A stretch of 64,000 bases of DNA from the NCBI GenBank assembly GCA_017398595.1, contig JAFQFR010000020.1, positions 9,196 through 73,195 of the forward strand, read 5' to 3'. A program made the position numbers and the translations under genes. Below are positions 1 through 10,164 of this stretch, piece by piece; position 1 is the first letter of the stretch, and each line of letters opens with the position of its first letter. Origin of the DNA: Clostridia bacterium. Its GTDB lineage: Bacteria; Bacillota; Clostridia; Oscillospirales; CAG-272. A model generated the notes under the pieces. The model ran no database searches. It had not been told where the DNA came from and saw only the letters and a list, made by a program, of their open reading frames with translations.

Positions 1-650
1 AGTGCAGTAACGGCAAGCGCGGCTTTCTCACCGAAGAAAGCATCCAGCATTTCCAAAACGAAACTCTCGCTGTCCGCATCCGCAAACACCACACGGCTTC
101 CCTCTACGGCATTTTTGAACTCGGGCAGAGACAAACGGATCAGTCCGTCTGCATCGTCCGTGAAATCCATGACGCGCAGATCTCTGTCCAAAGTCAGTTG
201 CCGCCCATGCGTCAGCGTGACGTAAACGGGCTCCGTTTCATGCACGACGATCTCCACCGAGGACGGGTATACTTTTACCAGTTCAATGCTCTCCACATAC
301 GGACATGCGGCGGCAACGCGCTTGTACACCGCCTGCTCTCCGAGCAGCGGCAATATGTCGCCGTCAATATCCGCCGCTGTAAGAATCTCCGCATCGGCGT
401 ACCGCGAATTGCCGCTGACCGTAACCGTCGCGGCACGGGTGACAATACATACAACCGCGATGATCAGCAGCACGCAGATCGTCAAACACAAGACTGCCGT
501 CAAAACAGACTGCGTTGCGGAACGCGCACGGCGAACATGGCTTGTCCGACGCATACGCCGATCACGGCGTATCTCATCCTGCACACTGAAGGACGGACCG
601 CGTCCGCTTTGCGGTTTGCTTCTCTCTCGATTATCTCGATTATCGCGCAC
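1..650 (-). CDS. ftsQ: Cell-division protein FtsQ/DivIB, N-terminal part (gene continues past window start)
   Basis: Absent from the ORF track because there is no stop in the window. My minus-strand translation from GTG at 650 (GGAGGG at 657-662) gives a basic N-terminus, the TM helix QSVLTAVLCLTICVLLIIAVVCIV, then a POTRA-like region VTVSGNSRYADAEILTAADIDGDILPLLGEQAVYKRV...VEIVVHETEPVYV. It lies directly after murG, as in dcw clusters. Confidence 0.75.
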   Translation of the reverse strand, partial: MRDNRDNRERSKPQSGRGPSFSVQDEIRRDRRMRRTSHVRRARSATQSVLTAVLCLTICVLLIIAVVCIVTRAATVTVSGNSRYADAEILTAADIDGDILPLLGEQAVYKRVAAACPYVESIELVKVYPSSVEIVVHETEPVYVTLTHGRQLTLDRDLRVMDFTDDADGLIRLSLPEFKNAVEGSRVVFADADSESFVLEMLDAFFGEKAALAVTA

Positions 651-686
651 GCGCCACCCTCCTTACATTTTGACCTTTTTTGACTT

Positions 687-1796
687 TTATCGACCGATCA
701 GGCGACAAATATCTTCATATATCTTTCGGTTTGCATCCGGCACGGCGAAATCATGAATCTTTTCGCCTATGTCCTTTTGCTTTTGCGGGTCTTCTAATAC
801 CGACACAATGAGATCCCGCATTTTTTCACGGGTGATGTCTTTCTCTTCGATCAAAAGCGCACCGCCCTTTTTCGCGATCGCATTGGCATTCTTAAATTGC
901 TGGTTGTCAGTGACATTGGGCGACGGGATAAACACCGCTGCTTTTTTCAGCAGTGCCAGTTCGGAAACCGTATTGGCGCCGCTGCGGCAAACCACCACGT
1001 CCGCCGCCGCCATTTGCAACGGCATGTCGTTGATATACTCCATAAAGCGGATATTGTCTTTTTGATCGAGCCCCCGCTCCCGGAAGATACCGGTCGCGAT
1101 CTCCCACTCGATCGAACCGGTGGCATGCACATGCAGCACCTCGGGGTGATGCTGTACATAATCCTGCATAAAATCGAGCATGGCAAAATTGACCTGCTCT
1201 GCGCCGAGCGAACCACCAAAGGACAGCACCACCTTGCGATCGGGTGCAATGCCCAACATCTTGCGCGCCGTCTGTTTGTCGATCGCCTCAAAATCCAGTC
1301 GCAGCGGGCAGCCGACACGCATCGCCTTTTCCTTGTGGGAAAGCATTTCGATGCTTTCTTCGTAATTGACATACACGCGATCCACATATGCGGCGAGCCG
1401 TCTGACTGTAACGCCCGGTACCGCATTGGACTCATGCACGGCACTCGGTACGCCGAGCTTGGATGCTGCCACAAGGATCGGCCAGGAAACATATCCGCCC
1501 GTTCCGATCACAATGTCGGGTTTAAACTCACGAATGATCTTTTTCGCACGCTGCGGAGAAACGAGCGCAAGATACATTGCCTTGATATTCTTCGGAGACA
1601 GACTGCGTCTGAACCCCTTAACATCAACATGATACATCTTGTATCCCGCCGCGCCGACCAGTTTGTTTTCCATACCGCTCGGCGTACCGACAAAAGCGAT
1701 CTCCGCTTTTGGGTCATTCTGTTTAATTACCGAGGCGATCGCCAGCGCCGGATATACATGTCCGCCTGTGCCGCCGCCCGTCATCAATACGCGCAT
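687..1796 (-). CDS. murG: MurG, undecaprenyl-PP-MurNAc-pentapeptide GlcNAc transferase
   Basis: 369-aa ORF with the N-terminal glycine loop MRVLMTGGGTGGHVYPALAIA. Located in the dcw cluster. Confidence 0.95.
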   Translation of the reverse strand: MRVLMTGGGTGGHVYPALAIASVIKQNDPKAEIAFVGTPSGMENKLVGAAGYKMYHVDVKGFRRSLSPKNIKAMYLALVSPQRAKKIIREFKPDIVIGTGGYVSWPILVAASKLGVPSAVHESNAVPGVTVRRLAAYVDRVYVNYEESIEMLSHKEKAMRVGCPLRLDFEAIDKQTARKMLGIAPDRKVVLSFGGSLGAEQVNFAMLDFMQDYVQHHPEVLHVHATGSIEWEIATGIFRERGLDQKDNIRFMEYINDMPLQMAAADVVVCRSGANTVSELALLKKAAVFIPSPNVTDNQQFKNANAIAKKGGALLIEEKDITREKMRDLIVSVLEDPQKQKDIGEKIHDFAVPDANRKIYEDICRLIGR

Positions 1797-1864
1797 ATTT
1801 TTTGACCTTTCTTGACTTTTATGTAGCTTAACTGCAATATAGTATTATATAAATAGGAAGATAA

Positions 1865-3073
1865 CTACTTCTTTTCGAGAGTGTACCTGGAGATCGCCAA
1901 GAGAGTTCCGAGCTCCACAAGCTGCACCACCATCGCCGTACCGCCATAACTGAACAGCGGAAGCGCGATACCCGTATTGGGGATAGAATTGGTAACGACC
2001 GCGATATTCAAAATGACCTGTAGCGCGATCTTGCTGCTGATACCGATCGCCACAAGCTGTGCAAAGCGATCTGGTGAACGCATTGCGATGACATAGCCAC
2101 GCCATACCAAAATACCGAACAGTGCGAACACCGCAAGCGCGCCGATGAATCCAAGTTCCTCACAGATGATCGTGAAAATAAAGTCGTTCTGCGGCTCCGA
2201 AACGTAGCTGTACTTTTGCCGGCTGTTGCCGAGTCCCAGTCCGAAGAAGCCACCCGAACCGATCGCACGCATGCCCTGCAAGGTCTGCCAACCGCCGTCC
2301 AGCGGATGCGCTGCGGGATTGAGCCAAATGTCGATGCGTCGCTTCGTATAATCGGTCAACAGCGCAAACGCTGCGACAAATACCGCCGCCGCACTGCCCA
2401 TGAGACCGAGCAGCTTGAGTTTGATACCCGAAGCAAACATGATCATCAAACCAATACAGCCGATAATGATGATACCCGAGAGATGCTTTTCCAGAAGGAC
2501 AAGCACGCAGATAAAACCGATCAGGCACAGCGGATAGATCGTTCCGTATAGATTGGAATTGCGCTTATTTTTAAAGTCAAAAGCTTTATCGCAGTATTTG
2601 GAATAATACCAGGCAAGCATAAGGATCAGCGAATACTTGGCGATCTCCGACGGCTGAAATCGTATAAAACCGAGGTCGATCCAGCGCTGCGCACCACCGC
2701 CGGTATCACCGATCACCAAAACTGCCACGAGCAGCAAAGCCGAAACGCAATACGCAGGAATCGCCGCCATCTTATAAAACCGAAGCGGAAAACGCGATGC
2801 AATGACCATGAAGATCAAGCCGATCACGACCATCACGCTCTGCCGCTTGATGAAATAATAGCTGTCACCGTAACGGCTCTCTGCATCCGCGTAGCTTGCG
2901 CTGAACACCATGATCAAGCCGTAAGCAACCAAGATGAGTATCGTAAACAGCAAAAAATTATCTACGCCCCCGCGCACTACCCTGTAGTCATCCGGATCAA
3001 AATGCTCCTTTTGCTTTTCAACGTTTGTCGCCGGCACGGGTGCGGCGTTTCTTATACTTTTATTCATTTCCAT
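1865..3073 (-). CDS. ftsW: FtsW/SpoVE SEDS-family cell-division protein
   Basis: 402-aa polytopic membrane ORF with a SEDS-type C-terminal region NSIPNTGIALPLFSYGGTAMV. Lies between mraY and murG. Confidence 0.9.
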   Translation of the reverse strand: MEMNKSIRNAAPVPATNVEKQKEHFDPDDYRVVRGGVDNFLLFTILILVAYGLIMVFSASYADAESRYGDSYYFIKRQSVMVVIGLIFMVIASRFPLRFYKMAAIPAYCVSALLLVAVLVIGDTGGGAQRWIDLGFIRFQPSEIAKYSLILMLAWYYSKYCDKAFDFKNKRNSNLYGTIYPLCLIGFICVLVLLEKHLSGIIIIGCIGLMIMFASGIKLKLLGLMGSAAAVFVAAFALLTDYTKRRIDIWLNPAAHPLDGGWQTLQGMRAIGSGGFFGLGLGNSRQKYSYVSEPQNDFIFTIICEELGFIGALAVFALFGILVWRGYVIAMRSPDRFAQLVAIGISSKIALQVILNIAVVTNSIPNTGIALPLFSYGGTAMVVQLVELGTLLAISRYTLEKK

Positions 3074-3096
3074 TTGCCGCTCCCCCTGTTTTCAAG

Positions 3097-4077
3097 TTAT
3101 GCGCCGAAATATGCCACTACAGAACAGATCGCAGTTACCGCAGAAAAAACAAATACGATCTTGCGCTCGCTCCAACCGCACTTTTCAAAGTGATGGTGAA
3201 TGGGCGCCATTTTAAAGACGCGCTTATGTGTGAGCTTATAAACGCCCACTTGAATGATGTCCGACAGCGCCTCGCATATGTATACGATACCTACGAGCGC
3301 AATGATCAGCGGATTGTCGATCATAAACGCCGCACCTGCAACAAGTCCGCCGAGAAAAAGCGAGCCTGTATCGCCCATGAATACGCGTGCGGGATAAAAA
3401 TTGTACACCAGGAAGCCGAGCGTCGCACCGACCATTGCCGCACCGAGCACCGCAAGCTCGATACCGCGGCTCGTAAATGCCAGCATGGACAAAAAGATGG
3501 CTACGACCAAGGTGACCGAACTTGCCAGACCGTCAATACCATCGGTCAGGTTGACGCTGTTGATGATACCGGTGATAAACACCAATGCAAACACATAATA
3601 GAACCAGCCAAGCTCCAGCTCATAGGTCGTAAACGGGATCGGCAGCGAGGTGTCGATCTCTCCGTACAAATTTAACAGCGCGATGAACGCACCCGCCATC
3701 GCAAGCTGTAAAGCGAATTTTTGCGGAGCAGTCAACCCCTCGTTTTGCTGCTTTTTAAACTTCGTCAAATCGTCGATGACGCCGATAGCACCATTGCCGA
3801 CGGCAAGCAGAAGCGTCAGCAGCAGCGGAAGTACGCTCGTGCTCTTACCGCTGAAGTGCAAATACAGCATTGCGATCACGCAAACCACCGTCGTGGGGAT
3901 CGCAAACGCAAGACCGCCCATCGTGGGTGTTCCCTCCTTGGACTTGTGCCAACGAGGACCAATATCCAGGATCTTCTGCCCCATTTTCATACTGCGCAGT
4001 TTCGGGATCAGGAAGCGCAGCGAAATTACCGTTGCCAAAAATACAAGCGCCGCAACTGCCACATATACTACTGTCAT
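3097..4077 (-). CDS. mraY: MraY, phospho-MurNAc-pentapeptide translocase
   Basis: 326-aa membrane ORF with NSVNLTDGIDGLASS, FMGDTGSLFLGG and PIHHHFE motifs. Confidence 0.95.
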   Translation of the reverse strand: MTVVYVAVAALVFLATVISLRFLIPKLRSMKMGQKILDIGPRWHKSKEGTPTMGGLAFAIPTTVVCVIAMLYLHFSGKSTSVLPLLLTLLLAVGNGAIGVIDDLTKFKKQQNEGLTAPQKFALQLAMAGAFIALLNLYGEIDTSLPIPFTTYELELGWFYYVFALVFITGIINSVNLTDGIDGLASSVTLVVAIFLSMLAFTSRGIELAVLGAAMVGATLGFLVYNFYPARVFMGDTGSLFLGGLVAGAAFMIDNPLIIALVGIVYICEALSDIIQVGVYKLTHKRVFKMAPIHHHFEKCGWSERKIVFVFSAVTAICSVVAYFGA

Positions 4078-4098
4078 ACCGTTTTCCAGCTTTCCGTG

Positions 4099-5502
4099 TT
4101 ATTTTTCAAATCTTGCGCGAAGATACTGTACGATCTCCGCCGCAGCGTTTTGTCTGCCCATTCGGATGAGCAGCACATCGCCTTCCTTTAAGATGCCAGC
4201 GACTGCCTCTGCGCTTTTCAGCGGAGAAAACAATTCAAGATTGCCCGAAACATCCCCTGCAGGCATACCTGCGCGCCGCGCGCCTACACCGATCTGCTCC
4301 GCGGCGACACCAAAGGTGAAGAGTTTGTCGATCTTCTTTTCGACGATATACGCACCCATGCGCTCGTGCAGCTCACGCGTATCCTGTCCGAAATCGCGAA
4401 TGTCACCGACCAGTGCGATCTTGCGCGAATGTTTGTGTATCTTCGCAATATCGCAAAGTGTATCGATGCCGCTCTTTACGCTCTCCGCCGTTGCAGAGGA
4501 ACTGTCGGCAATAAAAGTGATCCCGCCGACGGTGTAGATCTCCACACCGAGCTCGGAAGAATGATAGTTTTTTAGTCCCGTGCGAATCTTTTCGGCGGGC
4601 ACACCAAAGCGCAGTCCCACCAGTGCCGCAAACAGCGCGCTGTACACATTTTCGATGCCCGTGAAATGGATCTCCAAATTTTCAATGCGCACATCTTTGC
4701 CGCAAATGTCAAATACCGTGCGGTCTTTATACGCACGAATGTTTTCCGCATACAGCTGCGCATCGGCATTTTTTACCGATACCGTCTTGGTAGCAGCATC
4801 CATACGACAAACCAGTGACAACGCCTCGTCATCAGCGGAAAGCGCGATCTCGCCGCCCTCTTTGAGCCCTGCCAGCACGTCAATATTGGCAGTCTCGGTG
4901 ATCGGACTGTACACCGTCGTGATAATACCGAGGTCACAGTCCACAAGCTTTGCAAGACGAGCAACATCCCGCTTGTCGCGGATCTTGAGCTCTACAAGGA
5001 AAAAGTCGGCATCTGCGGGAATATCCAACAGCATCAGCGCGTCATTTTTCTCTGTATCTTTTTTATCCGTCGCTTTATGCACCTTGTACATCTCTTCGAG
5101 GACCGAGTAGACAAACTCGCCCGTGCGTGTCTTTCCCTTTGCACCCGTCAAAGCGATCGTGCGATGCTTGCCGCGCTTGACATACTGATTGGCAAAGCGC
5201 TCCATCGCCGCGCGGATATTGTCGCAGACGATGACCGCTGTATCGGGGATCTTCTCGAGCGCCGTCGGTGCCTTCGTGCACAGCACGCAATATGCGCCCT
5301 TCTTCGCCGCCGCCATCATTTCGGCAAGCGAGTTATCCGCATCTATGATAAACAACGTGTTTTTCGTAATTTCCGAAATCTCATTGGTCAGCAGCTCGAT
5401 CTGCTGCATCGGCGCATTTTCGGACAGAGCCATCAGCTCCGCTCCCATATATTCCGCAAGCTCTTTTGCCGTCACGGCTCCGAGTTTGAGTTCGATCTTC
5501 AT
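4099..5502 (-). CDS. murF: Divergent Mur ligase in the murF position (UDP-MurNAc-tripeptide--D-Ala-D-Ala ligase-like)
   Basis: 467-aa ORF between murE and mraY. It has a P-loop LTGAKGKTRT and a C-terminal GDIRDFG (compare GDMxELG). Other Mur-ligase motifs are degenerate (see findings). Confidence 0.7.
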   Translation of the reverse strand: MKIELKLGAVTAKELAEYMGAELMALSENAPMQQIELLTNEISEITKNTLFIIDADNSLAEMMAAAKKGAYCVLCTKAPTALEKIPDTAVIVCDNIRAAMERFANQYVKRGKHRTIALTGAKGKTRTGEFVYSVLEEMYKVHKATDKKDTEKNDALMLLDIPADADFFLVELKIRDKRDVARLAKLVDCDLGIITTVYSPITETANIDVLAGLKEGGEIALSADDEALSLVCRMDAATKTVSVKNADAQLYAENIRAYKDRTVFDICGKDVRIENLEIHFTGIENVYSALFAALVGLRFGVPAEKIRTGLKNYHSSELGVEIYTVGGITFIADSSSATAESVKSGIDTLCDIAKIHKHSRKIALVGDIRDFGQDTRELHERMGAYIVEKKIDKLFTFGVAAEQIGVGARRAGMPAGDVSGNLELFSPLKSAEAVAGILKEGDVLLIRMGRQNAAAEIVQYLRARFEK

Positions 5503-5530
5503 ACTGCGCCTCCTCTCCTGTTAAAACCTT

Positions 5531-7027
5531 TTATGTTCTTCTCTTTTCTGCAGCCTTCTCCGCAATTTCGATCTCGGAGAACGGATGCAGACCGTCTTTG
5601 TCGATTTCGTATTGCTCGTGTCCTTTGCCTACGAGCAATATAATGTCGCCCTCCAGGGCATTTTCGATCGCATATTCGATTGCCTCGCGGCGATCCGCGA
5701 TCACCGTGTAATTTTTAGCACCCTGCATACCTTCCAGCACATCCGACAAGATTGCCTGCGGATCCTCGGTACGCGAGTTGTCGCCCGTCAGGATCACATA
5801 GTCGCTCATGCGAACGGCAAGTGCTCCCATGATCGGACGCTTCTCTTTGTCGCGGTCACCGCCGCAGCCAAAGAGCGTTACGATCCGCTGTCCCGCACTG
5901 CGGAAACCGTTGACGGTGCGCAGCAGATTTTCCAGTGCATACGGCGTATGCGCGTAGTCAATGAACACCGTAAACGCATTGCCCGCAAAGCCGAGATCGA
6001 CGCGCTGCAGTCTGCCGCAAACGCCGTTGAGCGAATAGAGCGCGTTTTGGATATTCATCAGATCCACACCAAGCTCACGCGCCGCAGATGCGGCGGCAAG
6101 CGTATTGTACAGCGTGAAATCACCGGGAATGGTTGTTTTGATCTTGAACCTTGCATTTCCCGAATGCAGGATATACTCACTGCCGAACACACCGTTTTGG
6201 CGGATCTGCTCGGCGTAGTAGTCGCTTTTTTGCCGCATGCCGAAGCCGACCGTTTTACAGGTAGCTTTCTCGAGCAGTGCCCCCGCATATGCGTCATCCG
6301 CATTGTAGAGACCCACGCGGCAGTTTTGAAAAAGTTTTGCCTTCGCGGCAAGATAGTTTTCCATCGTGCCGTGGAAATCGAGGTGCTCCTCGCTGAGATT
6401 GGTAAATATACCAAGCGCAAACGCGATCGGCGCCAGTTTTTCCAGCGCAAGCGCGTGCGAAGAAGTCTCCATGATAAGGATCTCCACCCCCTGCTCCGCC
6501 ATCTCCCGCATCGCCATATATAAGGCATCGGGATCAGGCGTTGTCATGGTGGTGAAGTTATCCTGTTGCACCTCAGAAAGACCGGGGACATAGTCCTGCT
6601 CGCCGATCATGCTTTTGACCGTTCCGATCAAAGCGGTTTTATAGCCGCTATGCGCCAGAATGGTACGCAGCATGTAGGCGGTGGTGGTTTTGCCGTTGGT
6701 GCCTGTCACGCCGATCACACGCATGCGATCTTGCGGATTGCCGTTTTGATTGGCACAGGCGAAAGCGAGCGTGCGACGAGCGTTTTTTGTGATCAGCTGC
6801 GGAATATGCAGGCCGCTGACCGCTTTTTCTCCGATATAGACCGCGGCACCGCGCTGCTCTGCATCGAGCGCATAGCGGCTGCCATCGGTCTTTGTGCCCC
6901 CAAGAGCAACAAACACATCGCCCGGCTGCAAGCGGCGTGTATCATAGGATACGCCGCATACTTCCAGCGCTGCAAGCTCCTCGCCGAGAGATACATCTGT
7001 ATTTGCCAAAAGTTTTGCAAGTTCCAT
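5531..7027 (-). CDS. murE: MurE, UDP-MurNAc-L-Ala-D-Glu--2,6-diaminopimelate ligase
   Basis: 498 aa with canonical motifs GVTGTNGKTTT, METSSHAL, TNLSEEHLDFHG, IDYAHTP, GCGGDRDKEKRP and a DNSR (DNPR-like) motif. Confidence 0.95.
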   Translation of the reverse strand: MELAKLLANTDVSLGEELAALEVCGVSYDTRRLQPGDVFVALGGTKTDGSRYALDAEQRGAAVYIGEKAVSGLHIPQLITKNARRTLAFACANQNGNPQDRMRVIGVTGTNGKTTTAYMLRTILAHSGYKTALIGTVKSMIGEQDYVPGLSEVQQDNFTTMTTPDPDALYMAMREMAEQGVEILIMETSSHALALEKLAPIAFALGIFTNLSEEHLDFHGTMENYLAAKAKLFQNCRVGLYNADDAYAGALLEKATCKTVGFGMRQKSDYYAEQIRQNGVFGSEYILHSGNARFKIKTTIPGDFTLYNTLAAASAARELGVDLMNIQNALYSLNGVCGRLQRVDLGFAGNAFTVFIDYAHTPYALENLLRTVNGFRSAGQRIVTLFGCGGDRDKEKRPIMGALAVRMSDYVILTGDNSRTEDPQAILSDVLEGMQGAKNYTVIADRREAIEYAIENALEGDIILLVGKGHEQYEIDKDGLHPFSEIEIAEKAAEKRRT

Positions 7028-7083
7028 AAAAACCTCCGAAAGTTGATACTTTCACGTCCGTTTTTATGAAATTCCGCATCCTT

Positions 7084-9402
7084 TTAATCCGTTGCATCCA
7101 TATGCAGCACTTCCACGGTGATGACCGTACCGTACGGCACCGTAGCACCGCCGGCGTAAGACTGCGAAGTTACGATCGCACCGCTGCCCTTATCATAATT
7201 TTGCGCACCCTTGATCTCGATATTCAGTCCCGCGTTCACAAGCTTGGTATTTGCCTGCGCAGCGGTGAGTCCGAGCACGCTCGGTACCGTGACCGTCTTG
7301 CTCTCGGGATCGGCATCGTTCGTATACAGGATCACCTTTCCGCTTTCCTTGGAAACCGCGCTGCCGCGCTTGGGCACCTGTGCGGTTACGGTGTCGCCGC
7401 CGCCGACCACCTCGACCTTGAGACCGAGTTTTTCGATCTGTGCCTTGGCATCGGCAACACTGCTGCCGATATACCGTGCAACCGTTACCTGCATGGTGGC
7501 GAGTTCCTCGTCGGTGTAAGTGGGCTCAATGCCCATGTACGGCAAAACATTTGCCAGGAATGCCGAAACATACGGCGCTGCAACTACGCTGCCGTATACG
7601 CTGTCACCCGTCGGTTCATCGACCATGATGAGGACGGCGATCTGCGGATCGTCCGCAGGTGCATATGCGATCGTGGAGCTGATACGCTTTTCGTTTTCGC
7701 CCGTACCCTTCTGTGTAGTACCAGTTTTTGCGGCTACTTTATATCCCTTGACATAGGCGTTTTTCGCGCCGCCGTCACCCGAGACGCCTGCCTCCAGGAT
7801 CTCGGTAATGGTATTTGCGGTTGCCGTACTGATCACCTGACGTTTGGGAGTGTTGTCATACTCGTATATTACATTGCCCTCGTCGTCAACGAATTTATCC
7901 AACAGATGCGGCGTGACCAGATACCCGCCGTTGGCAATCGCGCAAAGTGCAGTCAAGTGTGTAATGGGATTGACATTGAAGCGCTGACCGAAAGAAGCAA
8001 CTGCGAGGTCAACATTACTCATGGTATTGCGGTCAAAGAAAATTGTCTGTGCCTCACCGGGAAGGTCGATCCCGCTCTTTTGGAAGTAGCCGAACGCCTC
8101 GCAGTAGTTACAGAATTTTTGCACGCCAACTCTTGCCGCAATGGTCATCAGTACAGGGTTGCAGGACTGCTGCAAGCCACGGGCGAACGTCACCGTTCCA
8201 TGACCGGAGGTTTTATGACAATGAATGGGTTTGGACCATCCGCTGACAAGCAAACTACCCGTGCAGGTAAAGGTTTCGGTGGGAGTAACCACGCCCTCTT
8301 CCAGCGCCATAGCAGTCGTGATCGGCTTGAATGTGGAACCCGGCTCGTAAGCATCCGTGGTCGCCTTGTTGCTCCACATGAGCTGCCGCAGTTCGGACAG
8401 CAGCTTTTTATACTCTTCGCTGCCTTCTTCAAATCCGCTGGCTGCCAGTGTCGCCTGTGAAAGTGAATCAAGCGTATAGGGATCGTTCAAATCAAAATCA
8501 GGCTGCACCGAGATCGCATAGATCTCACCCGTCTTGGGATTCATGGCAATACCGACCGCACGGTTGGTCGGCGCATTCTCCTCCACGGTCGCCTTGACCT
8601 GCGCGTCCAGCTCCTGCTGAATCCGCTCATCGATCGTGGTGATCATGTTGTATCCGTTGATCGGCTCGACATAGCTCTCATAATTATATGCCATTTCGTT
8701 GCCGTGTGCATCCTGCGCGATGATATATTTTCCTGCAATGCCGGTCAACTCTTCGTTGTACATGTATTCGAGACCGTAAAGTCCCTGACCGTCCGCACCT
8801 GTAAAACCAATCGTCTGCGCCGCAAGGCTGCCGTATGTATAGTAGCGCTTGTTGGTCGCCTCGAGATGCACTTGCTGTTCCAATCCGTTTTCCTCAATGA
8901 ATGCAAGCACCTTGTCGGCGGTCTCTTTGTCGACGTTCTTCTTGATCGTCTCGTCGCGTCTGCCCGCCTTTGCCGTTTTGGCAAGGATCGAGTCGCGATC
9001 TACGCCGAGAATTTCCGATAGACCGTCGGCGATCAGTTCATCCTGTCTGTCGCCCTTCGCGGAAACCGAAAAACTTTCGCCGTAGCGAACACGATAAATA
9101 GCGCGTTCGATCGCCGACGAATAAACCGCGGTTTGAATATCGACGGGCGAAATAAAAACGCGCCATGTAGTTTGATTGGTTGCGATCACATTCATGTTGC
9201 GATCGTAAATATCGCCGCGCTCTGCGGCAACGGAGTTCTCTACCGTGATCTGATCGATAACTTCCTGCTGATATGTATCGTACTCAAACACCTGCATCTT
9301 GAAAATAACGCAGATCAGCGCGGTAGCCAATAACGCAAAAAATGCGAGCAATATAAAGCCACGCTTAGCTGTTACACTGTTCACATTTCGCTGCGCCATC
9401 AT
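7084..9402 (-). CDS. Class B penicillin-binding protein (FtsI/PBP2B/SpoVD type) with two C-terminal PASTA domains
   Basis: 772 aa. It has an N-terminal TM anchor, transpeptidase motifs STFKP and KTGT, and two PASTA-like repeats (VTVARYIGSSVADAKAQIEKLGLKVEVVG and VTVPSVLGLTAAQANTKLVNAGLNIEIKG). Confidence 0.9.
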   Translation of the reverse strand: MMAQRNVNSVTAKRGFILLAFFALLATALICVIFKMQVFEYDTYQQEVIDQITVENSVAAERGDIYDRNMNVIATNQTTWRVFISPVDIQTAVYSSAIERAIYRVRYGESFSVSAKGDRQDELIADGLSEILGVDRDSILAKTAKAGRRDETIKKNVDKETADKVLAFIEENGLEQQVHLEATNKRYYTYGSLAAQTIGFTGADGQGLYGLEYMYNEELTGIAGKYIIAQDAHGNEMAYNYESYVEPINGYNMITTIDERIQQELDAQVKATVEENAPTNRAVGIAMNPKTGEIYAISVQPDFDLNDPYTLDSLSQATLAASGFEEGSEEYKKLLSELRQLMWSNKATTDAYEPGSTFKPITTAMALEEGVVTPTETFTCTGSLLVSGWSKPIHCHKTSGHGTVTFARGLQQSCNPVLMTIAARVGVQKFCNYCEAFGYFQKSGIDLPGEAQTIFFDRNTMSNVDLAVASFGQRFNVNPITHLTALCAIANGGYLVTPHLLDKFVDDEGNVIYEYDNTPKRQVISTATANTITEILEAGVSGDGGAKNAYVKGYKVAAKTGTTQKGTGENEKRISSTIAYAPADDPQIAVLIMVDEPTGDSVYGSVVAAPYVSAFLANVLPYMGIEPTYTDEELATMQVTVARYIGSSVADAKAQIEKLGLKVEVVGGGDTVTAQVPKRGSAVSKESGKVILYTNDADPESKTVTVPSVLGLTAAQANTKLVNAGLNIEIKGAQNYDKGSGAIVTSQSYAGGATVPYGTVITVEVLHMDATD

Positions 9403-9453
9403 TCTTTCTCCTTTGCGCCAAGTAGAGTATTCTCCTTATAAAGATATTCGGAT

Positions 9454-10149
9454 TCAGTCAAGATATTCTAAAAAGTTGCTGATCTTTTCACCAAAAGCAT
9501 TCAGCATATGGAACGTCACGGAAGTATTCTCCGTCTCTGCGGTATATGTACGGATCGAATTGCCGTCTGCAAGGGAAACATATTTCTGCTCCGCCTCAGC
9601 AACCTTGACCATGCCCAGTTCGTTCTTTGCAAGATCCTCGATCACCGTAAGGTCATTTTTCTCCTCGAGCTCCAGCGTGAGGGTCTTGTTCTCTGCCTGC
9701 AGATTCTCAAGCGTGCTCGTCAGCTCCGAATAGCGGCGTGCCTCTTCGTTGATAAGCGATCCGCTGAATACGACCATGGCAAGGACCATCGCCGTAACCA
9801 TGACCGATACGAGCATGCCAAGCGAAAATGAAGAGCTTTTGCGTCTCACCAGCTCAAAATTTTCGATTGCGACCACTTCTCTGCGTACCATATTCTCACG
9901 GCGTGCCGGAGCTGCTTTCAGTTCACGGACAACCGCATTCGGATTTTTCGAAGCGGGTGTCATTGCAGTTTTGGGAACGGAAATGCCTTTCACCTTTGCA
10001 CGCATTTCTTCAGTCACCTTGCGCGCACCGGCGTCTGTGCTTCTGCAAAACGGATTATAGCCGTTTTGAATTGCTTTTGCTACCAGGACATCACGAACGG
10101 TAGTGGTATATCTGCCGCTTTGGAATGTACTCTGATTCTGCATACCCAT
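9454..10149 (-). CDS. FtsL-like bitopic division protein (TM helix plus coiled coil)
   Basis: 231 aa with a single TM helix (LGMLVSVMVTAMVLAMVVF) followed by a heptad-like segment YSELTSTLENLQAENKTLTLELEEKNDL. It sits between rsmH and the PBP, and GGGGGA lies 6 nt upstream of the ATG. Confidence 0.55.
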   Translation of the reverse strand: MGMQNQSTFQSGRYTTTVRDVLVAKAIQNGYNPFCRSTDAGARKVTEEMRAKVKGISVPKTAMTPASKNPNAVVRELKAAPARRENMVRREVVAIENFELVRRKSSSFSLGMLVSVMVTAMVLAMVVFSGSLINEEARRYSELTSTLENLQAENKTLTLELEEKNDLTVIEDLAKNELGMVKVAEAEQKYVSLADGNSIRTYTAETENTSVTFHMLNAFGEKISNFLEYLD

Positions 10150-10164
10150 TTTTGTTCCCCCAAC

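Noticed and set aside
198-756. Plus-strand ORFs 198-683 and 286-756 at the left edge.
   Set aside because: The minus strand here encodes a convincing FtsQ/DivIB N-terminus (RBS, TM helix, POTRA-like sequence). The plus-strand products are Arg-rich nonsense.
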